From positions 20,863 to 84,862 of the forward strand of contig JBAYUF010000001.1 of NCBI GenBank assembly GCA_041675205.1: DNA of 64,000 bases. Direction: 5' to 3'. The position numbers and the translations under genes were made by a program. The notes beneath the pieces were generated by a model that did not search any database, was not told the origin of the DNA, and saw nothing but the letters and a program-made list of their open reading frames with translations. This document shows positions 40,192 through 48,677 of the stretch, piece by piece. Source of the stretch: Patescibacteria group bacterium (GTDB lineage: Bacteria > Patescibacteriota > Patescibacteriia > GWA2-46-9). Every line of letters starts with the position of its first letter. Positions within the stretch are counted from its first letter, which is position 1.

Positions 40192-42177
40192 ATGAACTTA
40201 TCAGAGCTGGCTCGCCGCCTCAAGGTCTCTCCTAACGAGCTTCGGGAAAATTTACCCAGGCTCGGTTTTGATATTGGGCGGAAAGCAATTAAAGTTGACG
40301 ATCGTGTTGCCACAAAAATTTTGCGCTCCTACGCACAGGCAAAACGGGAAATGGAGCAGCGCGACAAAGAGAATCGTAAGCAGCAAGAACTACAGACGGC
40401 AGTGGCCGCCGCCAGCACTGGCGTGGAGTTACCAGCCGAGGTAACGGTTCGCGAATTGGCGCAGATGCTTGGTATTAGTGTGCCGTTACTCATGACTGAA
40501 CTTTTGAAGAACGGCATACTTTCATCATTGAATGATCGGCTTGATTTCTCTACCGCGGCAGTGGTCGCAGAAGATCTCGGTTTCACGGTAAAAGCAAAAG
40601 GTGAGAGTGGCTCAGGCGAGGGTACGGTTGGTGCCGCTGAAATGCTAAAAGAGGCGCTTTTGAATATCGAAACGCAGCCTCGCCCGCCGGTGGTTGTTGT
40701 CATGGGGCACGTTGATCACGGCAAAACAACACTGCTCGATACCATACGAAACACCAGCGTTGCCAAGAGTGAAAGTGGTGGAATTACGCAACACATTGGA
40801 GCCTACCAAGTAGAGCATAATGGTAAGTTGCTGACCTTCATTGATACCCCGGGCCACGAAGCGTTTCGAACCATGCGTTCTCGTGGCGCCAAGGTGGCCG
40901 ACATTGCCGTACTTGTTGTAGCGGCCGATGATAGTTTGAAACCACAAACCCACGAAGCGCTCGCCATGATTCGTGGTGCCAATCTACCGTTTATCGTGGC
41001 TATAAATAAAATAGATAAGCCGGAGGCCAACATTGAACGGGTGAAACAGGATTTGGCTTCGATTAGTTTGCTGCCAGAAGATTGGGGCGGTAGTACTATT
41101 TGTGTACCAATCTCAGCAAAAAGTGGTGAGCATATTGATAAATTGCTTGAGATGGTGCTCCTTGTTGCCGATGTGAATGCCGAGCGGATTGTGGCGAACC
41201 CTGATGGTCGCGCTTTGGGCTCAGTTATTGAAGCTCGGGTTGATACCAGTGAGGGGCCAATTGCCACACTACTCGTGCAGAATGGCACCTTACGTCGCGA
41301 TGACGTACTTGTGCACGGTGACACGTTAATTGGTAAGGCTCGACTATTAAAGTCTCACCTAGGCGTCACCATTGAGTCGGCAGGACCATCAACTCCTGTG
41401 CGAATTCTTGGGCTGAAAGAGGCTCCTGAGGTGGGGGATGTTTTAGAGGTTGCTGATAGCGACACGGAATATCGTACAGCGAAAAAGGTAAAACGGCAGC
41501 GTCAAATCATGGATGCCTTGCCAGCCATGCGCTCAGAAAATCAAGAAACACCAACCATTCTTCTGCCAGTGCTTCTTAAGGCTGACGTTTTGGGCTCGCT
41601 GGAGGCCATTGTTGAGGCGATTGAAAAAATGAGCACGAGTCAGGCTCGGGTTCAGGTGATTGGTCGCGGGTTGGGTCACATTACTGAGGGGGATATTGCT
41701 CGCGCGGCCGCTACCTCAGAAACGCTGGTGGCAGGTTTTCGTGTTCAGGCAACTCGTGAGGCTCGCGATGCCGCTGACGAACAGGGTGTTGCGGTCAAAA
41801 CCTATGAAGTAATTTATGACCTCATTCGTGACATTAAAGAGCAGCTTTCGGGCAAGTTAAAACCTGAGATTGTTCGTAGCGATGTTGGTCTGGGCATGAT
41901 TTTAAAGATTTTCCGCCAAGAGCCGAAACGGCAGGTTGTTGGTATGCGTATCACCGCAGGTCTTGTTACCGCTGGCGCGCTTTTTGAACTTGTTCGTGGT
42001 GGTGAAATTGTTGGGCGCGGTACGGTGAGCCGCCTGCAAGCGGGTAAGGAAGAAATTCGAGAAGCGGCCAGTGTTACAGAGTGTGGCGCAGAATTAACCG
42101 GTAGTGTGCCAAAATTTGTCGAACAAGATGCGTTGCGGTTTTACACTGAAGTTGAAGAGCGGCGTGCTATTGCCTAG
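40192..42177 (+). CDS. infB: Translation initiation factor IF-2
   Basis: G-domain VVVVMGHVDHGKTTLLD, DTPGHEAF, NKIDK. The start is set at MNLSELARRL; the ORF-track start at 40129 would overlap truB. Confidence 0.95.
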   Translation: MNLSELARRLKVSPNELRENLPRLGFDIGRKAIKVDDRVATKILRSYAQAKREMEQRDKENRKQQELQTAVAAASTGVELPAEVTVRELAQMLGISVPLLMTELLKNGILSSLNDRLDFSTAAVVAEDLGFTVKAKGESGSGEGTVGAAEMLKEALLNIETQPRPPVVVVMGHVDHGKTTLLDTIRNTSVAKSESGGITQHIGAYQVEHNGKLLTFIDTPGHEAFRTMRSRGAKVADIAVLVVAADDSLKPQTHEALAMIRGANLPFIVAINKIDKPEANIERVKQDLASISLLPEDWGGSTICVPISAKSGEHIDKLLEMVLLVADVNAERIVANPDGRALGSVIEARVDTSEGPIATLLVQNGTLRRDDVLVHGDTLIGKARLLKSHLGVTIESAGPSTPVRILGLKEAPEVGDVLEVADSDTEYRTAKKVKRQRQIMDALPAMRSENQETPTILLPVLLKADVLGSLEAIVEAIEKMSTSQARVQVIGRGLGHITEGDIARAAATSETLVAGFRVQATREARDAADEQGVAVKTYEVIYDLIRDIKEQLSGKLKPEIVRSDVGLGMILKIFRQEPKRQVVGMRITAGLVTAGALFELVRGGEIVGRGTVSRLQAGKEEIREAASVTECGAELTGSVPKFVEQDALRFYTEVEERRAIA

Positions 42178-42194
42178 CCGCTTATAAAGTTGTT

Positions 42195-42566
42195 ATGACT
42201 CGTCGGACTGAGCAAGTAAGTGCAGAGTTAGCAACACTTATTGGTCGCTACCTCCTTGAGCAACCCGACGAATTAGATGGGGCATTGTGCACTATTACAC
42301 GGGTGGAAACCACGCCGGACTTAGCGCATGCACTCGTTTTTGTGAGCATTTTACCGGATCAGCGGCGAGGAAGTGCGTTGGCGGTACTACGGCATTTTCA
42401 GCGACCATTTGCGAAACGACTCTTTCATGATTTGACCATGAAAGTAATTCCACGAATTCATTTTCATATTGACGACGTCTTCGTGCGAGCGAATGCAATG
42501 GAGACGTTACTAAATCAAGTAGCGGCTGAGCTTCCTCCACTTGAAGATGTCGCAGAGAAGCCATGA
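42195..42566 (+). CDS. rbfA: Ribosome-binding factor A
   Basis: RTEQVSAELATLIGRYL and a KH-like fold, in the conserved position after infB. A TATAAA-N6-ATG lies directly upstream. Confidence 0.8.
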   Translation: MTRRTEQVSAELATLIGRYLLEQPDELDGALCTITRVETTPDLAHALVFVSILPDQRRGSALAVLRHFQRPFAKRLFHDLTMKVIPRIHFHIDDVFVRANAMETLLNQVAAELPPLEDVAEKP

Positions 42567-43534
42567 CCTTTAATGCTTTTCGAGAAGCGGCCGATACCCT
42601 TCGCGCCTCGCGTAATCCGCTTATCATTCTTTTGCGGGATGTCGATGCGGATGCGCTCGGCACCAGTATGGCGGTGGCCCGGGCAGTTGCCCAGCAGGGT
42701 GCCCACGTTACGCTCTACTGTGGTGAACCTATCCCGGCCAATTTAGCTTTTCTGTTAGACGCTGCATTCCCTATTTCGACGACGTTGTCGCAGAGTGTCT
42801 TGGCGGCAACTGATGCGATAGTCGTTGCTGATGCCGGCGCTTTAGAAAGAACGGGTGTGGCCGAGGAAGTACGCGCATGTGTTGCACGGGGGGTTCCACT
42901 AATCAATATCGATCACCACCAAGTCGCGGCTGCGTTTGGCACCATCAATCTCGTTGATGCTGGCGCGTCTGCCGCTGCGGTTTTAGCCTACGACCTCATT
43001 AAACTTGGTGGGTGGATTATTGATCGTGATATGGCCACGGCAATATTGGCTGGAATCGTTGCTGACACCGGTAATTTTTCGAATGGCGGCACCACTATCC
43101 GCGCATTGGAAGTGGCGGCGCACTGTTACGCAACTGGTGCCGAATCACGATTAGTCATTCGCGCGCTCTACAATTCAAAACCGGTGAATGCTTTGAAGCT
43201 GTGGGGAGAAATTCTCTCACGGCTGACAAAGCATGAACGTCTTGGCATAGCGAGCACGGTAATTCTTGATGACGACTTTGAAAAGTACGCTATTGATGAA
43301 GAGTCTACCGAAGGGCTCGCTAATTTTTTGAATGGTCTTAGTGACGTGAAAGCCGCACTTATTTTAAAGCAGCTACCGAATAACGAGATTCGTGGCAGCC
43401 TGCGTACAACCAGAGACGATGTTAATGTGGGTAAATTAGCACAGGCCCTTGGTGGTGGCGGTCATCGAAAGGCTGCCGGATTTACTATACCAGGTCGCAT
43501 AGTTCGTTTTAAAAATGGTTGGAAAGTTGTTTAA
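42563..43534 (+). CDS. DHH/DHHA1 phosphoesterase (NrnA-like oligoribonuclease / pAp phosphatase)
   Basis: DHH N-domain (DVDADALGTSMAV, IDHH) and DHHA1 GGGHRKAAGF. ATGA overlap with rbfA. Confidence 0.8.
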   Translation: MTFNAFREAADTLRASRNPLIILLRDVDADALGTSMAVARAVAQQGAHVTLYCGEPIPANLAFLLDAAFPISTTLSQSVLAATDAIVVADAGALERTGVAEEVRACVARGVPLINIDHHQVAAAFGTINLVDAGASAAAVLAYDLIKLGGWIIDRDMATAILAGIVADTGNFSNGGTTIRALEVAAHCYATGAESRLVIRALYNSKPVNALKLWGEILSRLTKHERLGIASTVILDDDFEKYAIDEESTEGLANFLNGLSDVKAALILKQLPNNEIRGSLRTTRDDVNVGKLAQALGGGGHRKAAGFTIPGRIVRFKNGWKVV

Positions 43535-43569
43535 AAGTTGCCACGGGCAGAAGAGCGGACTATCCTAGT

Positions 43570-43632
43570 AGCCATTAGCCATTAGCCATTAGCCATTAGC
43601 CATTAGCCATTAGCCATTAGCCATTAGCCATT
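43570..43632. repeat. Perfect heptanucleotide microsatellite (AGCCATT)x9 that ends 5 nt before the clpP ATG
   Basis: Nine uninterrupted copies, 63 bp, in the nrnA-clpP intergenic region. Confidence 0.9.
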
Positions 43633-43637
43633 CTATT

Positions 43638-44228
43638 ATGGTTCTTATTCCAACGGTCATAGAAAAATCAAATTTTGGTGAGCGAGCATATGATATTTAC
43701 TCTCGTTTACTAAAAGAGCGAATTATATTTCTTGGAGATGTTATTGATGATCACGTTGCCAATACGGTCATCGCGCAACTTTTATTTCTAGATTCGGATA
43801 ATTCAAAGAAGGATATAAAATTGTATATCAATTCACCTGGTGGCTCGGTAACGGCTGGGCTCGCAATATACGACACGATGCAGTACGTCAAAGCAGATGT
43901 CTCCACCATTTGTATAGGGTTGGCGGCGAGTATGGGGGCGGTACTGCTTGCGTCAGGCGCTAAAGGGAAGCGTTACATTTTACCTAATGCCGAAGTGATG
44001 ATTCATCAAGTGATGGGGGGTGCTGAAGGTCAGGCATCGGACGTTAAAATTCGAGCTGAGCATATCGTCCGAATCAAAGATCGTCTCAACGCTATTTTGG
44101 CAGGCCACACGAATCAACCAGTAAAGAAGGTGGAGCAAGATACGGATCGTGATCGATTCATGACAGCCAAGGATGCACATCAGTATGGCATTGTCGACAA
44201 AATAATTACTTCATCGCCGAAAGCGTAG
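43638..44228 (+). CDS. clpP: ATP-dependent Clp protease proteolytic subunit
   Basis: [19 protein letters not shown]...[19 protein letters not shown] with the catalytic Ser/His/Asp context. Confidence 0.95.
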   Translation: MVLIPTVIEKSNFGERAYDIYSRLLKERIIFLGDVIDDHVANTVIAQLLFLDSDNSKKDIKLYINSPGGSVTAGLAIYDTMQYVKADVSTICIGLAASMGAVLLASGAKGKRYILPNAEVMIHQVMGGAEGQASDVKIRAEHIVRIKDRLNAILAGHTNQPVKKVEQDTDRDRFMTAKDAHQYGIVDKIITSSPKA

Positions 44229-44497
44229 AGTGGCTAGTAGGGTGTATTGTTAAGGCATCTGGAGCACTTGGGGCCTTGCGATAATGGTATTTTGGTGGTA
44301 TAGTTTCGCCGCAACGTTTCCTTTACCTATCCTCGAACATTCATTCGTTCCGAAACGGAATTGGTGATCGGCAGATTCATTTTCATGGCTTCTATTCCTG
44401 TTGTACGTGATTGATTGCCACCGACGCATCGTGCGCTTCGGTCTTGTGTGCACCAACTAAAAAGTTCGGTACGGGGGTGTTCGTTTACGAACACACT

Positions 44498-46024
44498 ATG
44501 TCTGTAACTGTGGTTATTATTTCGTCTATCCTCGCGCTTGGCGTTGGGGCTGCTTTTGGTTACCTGGCTCGTCGTTTAGTTGGGTCGCGGACCGTTAATT
44601 CAGCTGAAGCTCGTGCGGAAAGTATTCTCGAAGAAGCGAAACGTCGAGAGAAGGATACTGTCCTTGGGGCAAAGCAAGAAGCTTTAAAAATTTTAGACGA
44701 AGCGAAGCAAGAGATTGCAGGTGAGCGACGGGAGCTAAAAGAACAAGCCCAAAAAGTAGAGAAGCGAGAAGGGTTGTTTGAGAAGAAGTTACTAGAAGTT
44801 GACGACCATGAAAAACAGATTGAAAAGGACAAGCAACGGGTCGAAGAACAGTTGAAGCAGGCAACGGAAGCGCACGCCGCAGCCGTAACGAAGCTTGAGT
44901 TGTCAGCCGGTTTGAATCGTGACCAGGCTCGCACTGAGCTTTTTGCCGCTGTTGAAGCAGATGCCAAAGAAGATATCGTATCTCGAATTCGTAAAGTACA
45001 AGATGAGGGGGCGACTGAAATCGAAGAAAAGGCCAAGCGAGTGTTGGCCATGGTCATTCAGCGCTGCGCCATATCACACGCCGCTGACACCATGACGACA
45101 ACCGTTGATTTGCCGTCTGACGACATGAAGGGTCGCATCATTGGAAAAGAAGGTCGTAACATCAAAGCCCTCGAGCAACTTACCGGTGTTGAAATTGTTG
45201 TTGATGAGACGCCCGGGAGCATCATGATTACGGGTTTTAATCTGGTGCGTCGTCACTTAGCGAAGCGAGCCCTAGAGCGGTTAATGCTTGATGGTCGGAT
45301 TCATCCGACCCGAATTGAAGAATCAGTGCTGGAAGCAAAAAGAGAGTTAGCCCTTGAAATGAAAAAAGAAGGTGAGGCTGCTATGTATCAGCTCGGGCTC
45401 ACCGGGGTGGATCCTAAATTAGTGCAGATTCTTGGTCGGCTAAAATTTCGTACCAGCTTCGGACAGAACGTACTCCAGCACTCATTGGAAGTCGGTACAC
45501 TGGCCGGATTATTAGCAGAAGAATTAGGGGCAGATGTTCCAGCGTGTAAGAAGGGCGGGCTTTTCCACGATATTGGAAAAGCGGTTGACCACGAAGTGCA
45601 GGGTGCCCATACAGAACTTGGTTACCGACTGATGAAGAAGTACGGCATGCCAGAGCATATCGCCTACATGGCAATTGCCCACCATGAAGATCGCCCTTCT
45701 ACGTTAGAGGGTGTCATCGTTCGCACAGCTGATGCTATTTCTGGTTCTCGGCCAGGAGCGAGACGGGACAGCGTGGAGCGGTACATTCAGCGACTAGAAG
45801 AAATTGAAAAAGTTTCTTTGGCGGTTCCTGGTGTCACAAAAGCGTACGCCATTCAAGCTGGCCGCGAAGTGCGGGTCTTCGTGACGCCGACTGAAGTAGA
45901 CGACCTTGGCATGATTAAAGTTGCGCAGCTCATTGCTAGAAACATTGAGAAGGAACTCAATTACCCAGGTGAAATTAAAGTGAATTGTATTCGGGAAAGT
46001 CGTGTTATCGAGTACGCTCGTTAG
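44498..46024 (+). CDS. rny: Ribonuclease Y
   Basis: N-terminal TM (VVIISSILALGVGAAFGYL), coiled coil, KH domain (IIGKEGRNIKALE), HD domain (HSLEV...HDIGK). The ORF-track start at 44411 is probably too far upstream. Confidence 0.9.
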   Translation: MSVTVVIISSILALGVGAAFGYLARRLVGSRTVNSAEARAESILEEAKRREKDTVLGAKQEALKILDEAKQEIAGERRELKEQAQKVEKREGLFEKKLLEVDDHEKQIEKDKQRVEEQLKQATEAHAAAVTKLELSAGLNRDQARTELFAAVEADAKEDIVSRIRKVQDEGATEIEEKAKRVLAMVIQRCAISHAADTMTTTVDLPSDDMKGRIIGKEGRNIKALEQLTGVEIVVDETPGSIMITGFNLVRRHLAKRALERLMLDGRIHPTRIEESVLEAKRELALEMKKEGEAAMYQLGLTGVDPKLVQILGRLKFRTSFGQNVLQHSLEVGTLAGLLAEELGADVPACKKGGLFHDIGKAVDHEVQGAHTELGYRLMKKYGMPEHIAYMAIAHHEDRPSTLEGVIVRTADAISGSRPGARRDSVERYIQRLEEIEKVSLAVPGVTKAYAIQAGREVRVFVTPTEVDDLGMIKVAQLIARNIEKELNYPGEIKVNCIRESRVIEYAR

Positions 46025-46029
46025 GCTGC

Positions 46030-46062
46030 TTGCCATACGCAGTACGCTTTACGATATACGGG
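46030..46062. repeat. Left inverted repeat of the four-helix-bundle gene cassette
   Basis: CATACGCAGTACGCTTTACGATATACGGGG. Its imperfect reverse complement lies at 46495-46525. Confidence 0.5.
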
Positions 46063-46114
46063 GGAGGTGATAGTGGGTAGTGGAAGAAATGTTACTCAGT
46101 GTAGCTTATAGAAT

Positions 46115-46498
46115 ATGAACGCGACGCATCTTGCAACAGAGGAAAAATTTAAAGATTTGCGGGTGTGGCAGCAAGCCCACGAGTTAACACTTTTGGTGTA
46201 TAAGATAACAAAAAGTTTCCCTGACACGGAGCGTTTTGCCTTAGTAAGCCAAATGCGTCGTGCAGCAATCTCAGTGGTTGCCAATATTGTCGAAGGGTCT
46301 AAACATCGTACAACGAAGGATCGTATTCATTTTCACGTTATAGCAAATGGCTCGCTCGAAGAGTTAAAATACTACTTCATTTTATCGTTAGATCTCGGAT
46401 TCATTAACCAGAAAGAGCAGGAAGACTTACTTGATTTGGCGAGAGGCGTTGGTGCTATGTTACATGGTCTTACTAATGCTCTGCGCAGTGGCGTATAG
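46115..46498 (+). CDS. Four-helix-bundle protein of the TIGR02436 family (23S rRNA intervening-sequence protein type)
   Basis: LRVWQQAHELTLLVYKITKSFPDTERFALVSQMRRAAISVVANIVEGS is the family signature; 127 aa. Confidence 0.85.
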   Translation: MNATHLATEEKFKDLRVWQQAHELTLLVYKITKSFPDTERFALVSQMRRAAISVVANIVEGSKHRTTKDRIHFHVIANGSLEELKYYFILSLDLGFINQKEQEDLLDLARGVGAMLHGLTNALRSGV

Positions 46499-46525
46499 CG
46501 TAAAGCATATAGCGTATGGGTTTAG
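46495..46525. repeat. Right inverted repeat of the four-helix-bundle gene cassette
   Basis: GGCGTATAGCGTAAAGCATATAGCGTATG. Its reverse complement matches the left repeat at about 24 of 30 positions. Confidence 0.5.
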
Positions 46526-47316
46526 CCATTCTTTTCCTGGGTGACGTTGTAGGGCGAGTTGGCCGTACTGGTGTTGCGAAAGTTTTAAAGCACTGGAAGA
46601 CCCAACTGCAGCCAGATGTCATTATCGCGAACGCTGAAAATATTGCGCATGGGAAGGGCATTACCCGGGCGACCATCGAGGAATTACGTGTCGCTGGTGT
46701 CGATGCTTTTACTAGTGGGAACCATGTTTTCCGAAAGCCAGAGATTTACGATTTTATTGAGGACCCGAAATTGCACATTACTCGGCCGGCGAATTATCCG
46801 CCCGGCGTCGCTGGTAGTGGCGCCACCTTGGTGCCCACCCCACATGGTGACCTACTCCTCATAAACACGATGGGACGAGTTTTCATGCATGAAACATTGG
46901 ATTGCCCGTTTCAGGCGGTCGATTCGGTTCTGGCGGATTACCAAAATCGCCCGCACGTCGCCACCTTTGTTGATATGCATGCTGAAGCGACCAGCGAAAA
47001 GATAGCCTTCGGTCACTACCTTGATGGTCGGGTTAGTGCTGTTGTTGGCACCCACACGCACGTAGCGACGGCTGACGCAGAGATTTTACCTGGTGGCACG
47101 GCGTACATTACTGATGTTGGTATGTGCGGCTATAAAGGTGGTGTGCTTGGCGTTGATAAAGCTAACGTACTACATGCCTTTTTAACGCAAGAGCCAGTTC
47201 GTCATGAAATTCCAGAAGCTGGTTTGTGTGCTGTAAACGGCGTGCTCGTTGTTATTGATGCCTCTAACGGCAAGGCAATTTCTATTCGGCAACTGCACGA
47301 AGAAGTGATGGTGTAG
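46516..47316 (+). CDS. ymdB: YmdB-family metallophosphoesterase (2',3'-cyclic-nucleotide phosphodiesterase, TIGR00282)
   Basis: MGLAILFLGDVVGRVGRTGV...DVIIANAENIAHGKGIT...GNHVF. Confidence 0.85.
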   Translation: MGLAILFLGDVVGRVGRTGVAKVLKHWKTQLQPDVIIANAENIAHGKGITRATIEELRVAGVDAFTSGNHVFRKPEIYDFIEDPKLHITRPANYPPGVAGSGATLVPTPHGDLLLINTMGRVFMHETLDCPFQAVDSVLADYQNRPHVATFVDMHAEATSEKIAFGHYLDGRVSAVVGTHTHVATADAEILPGGTAYITDVGMCGYKGGVLGVDKANVLHAFLTQEPVRHEIPEAGLCAVNGVLVVIDASNGKAISIRQLHEEVMV

Positions 47317-47340
47317 TGCCTGGGGGGTGCGACATTTAGC

Positions 47341-47369
47341 AAAAACCCAGCCTGGCGGCTGGGTTTTTT
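47341..47369 (+). terminator. Rho-independent terminator after the ymdB-like gene
   Basis: AAAA-CCCAGCC-tggc-GGCTGGG followed by TTTTTTG. Confidence 0.8.
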
Positions 47370-47376
47370 GTACTCT

Positions 47377-48480
47377 CATGGGGCACGCAGGAGGAGAGAG
47401 ATTTTCTCGCGGCAAACGCTTCTTTTTGAAGAGAGGCGTCTACGTTTGAGATCTGCGTACCCCATGAGAGTGGGCGAGGGTGAAGAGGAAAACGGTTGAA
47501 GATACAATTTTCTTTCTTCACCCTCGCCCGGCGCTGAAGGAGGCTCTTCGGCGCCCTTTGAAGATAATGCAAAGTCGCAGTATCGGCAAAGGGCAACGCA
47601 CCTCATTATTATATGGGAAGAGGCGGAAAACGAGTGCTGTCGTTTTTCCGCCCCGAAGAACGTGGAGTGGGTGCATTTAGGTGCACAACCACTCCGCATC
47701 GACCGGGTTGACGCTCATTGATGAGCCTTTTTCCACGGTCTGGAGAAAGACGGAGGGGGTAGAAGGAAAGTACCACCACACCTCCGCAGCGCGCACAAAT
47801 GAGCCAAAGAGTGACCGGACGGTTTTTTCCGTAGTCGTTTTCTCTTTTTGTGCACATTCCGCGCGCTAAAGAAACTAGGGTGGGAGAATCGTGGAGCGTT
47901 GCGCTCCGGAAGGAATTCTCTTGGTGGACATCCACCCTAGGGTCCACAAGGGACCAGTTCTTTGTGAGTATTTTTACCCACGGACCTTGGGATTAGAAGC
48001 TGGAAGTATTGATCCAAGGGATCACTTCCGAAAGAGTAGTTTCAAAGAAGTGGCGCAGGATAAGCCGAACCAAATCTTTTCTCTACCGCCTTGGCTCTAT
48101 AGCGAGCACAAGTCTAACCCCGAAGTCCGTAGGCAGCTCTGATAACAGAGCACCCACGGATGTTGGCCTTGTTAGAGACTCCCACCACCCTCCGGGCTAA
48201 GCGCTGGCGTGACCCGAAGGTTGCCGGCGTAATGATCTTTTAGCAGGGACTCGCGAGTTTGCACCAGCGAAAGCCTTGCTTTGAAATCTGCCCGTCCACG
48301 AAACGTGGAACAGGTTTAGCCCTTAAGGGTGGTAGGAACCTCACGCGATAACAAAACGGCGCAGCCGCTTTTGAAAGAGACTGCGCCGTTTTGGCGTACA
48401 CCAACTAACCCTAACGGGTTTGTTGGCGAGTCTCTCTCCTCGCGTTTTGACTGAGGTTAAATTCAAAGAGCACGGTTTGT
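47377..48480. ncRNA. Candidate large structured non-coding RNA of unknown family (or an array of structured elements)
   Basis: 1.1 kb at GC of about 55% with no ORF above 112 aa in any frame, in an otherwise 90%-coding genome. Several perfect stem-loops: a 15-16 bp stem at 47472-47487 / 47515-47529; an 11-bp stem at 47622-47632 / 47641-47652; nested helices at 47875-47940 (CTAGGGTGG...CCACCCTAG enclosing GGAGCGttGCGCTCC); and long-range pairing 47377-47390 with 47453-47466. Confidence 0.3.
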
Positions 48481-48677
48481 TCCATTTAAGGAACTAAGTA
48501 GCATAGCGCAGCTTAGGGAATATGTCAAGACTTAACAAGAAAAGAGCTGTATTTACTAAGAAAATAGGAGTTTTTGGTCATTTGTGGAAACTAAATCTAT
48601 CGGTTAGAGTACTTGTGTATAGAGTAAAAGCACGTTTTTTGAGGCCTTAATAGAATCATCCTTGAACCAGGAACGCC

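Noticed and set aside
40129-40313. 185-nt overlap of the truB and infB ORF-track models on opposite strands
   Set aside because: Resolved by using the internal starts (truB MTTMTSNNQ, infB MNLSELARRL), which leave a short divergent intergenic gap. The extended N-termini have no homology support.
43570-43632. Possibility that the heptamer array is a CRISPR array
   Set aside because: The units are 7 bp, perfectly tandem, with no spacers, so it is a microsatellite and not CRISPR.
47893-47925. SRP-RNA-like CUCCGGAAGGAA string within the structured region
   Set aside because: The surrounding helix does not match SRP domain IV (no GGUCC...GGAAGCAGCC pairing), so the match is too short to be meaningful.
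47377-48480. RNase P RNA, tmRNA, group II intron domain V, or cobalamin riboswitch in the ORF-free region
   Set aside because: The conserved core motifs were not found on either strand. These are the P4/CR-I GGAAAGUCCGG and CR-IV ACAGAACCCGGCUUA for RNase P, a tRNA-like 3' end for tmRNA, the domain V GAGC...GUACGG for group II introns, and the B12 box. The family is left unassigned rather than forced.
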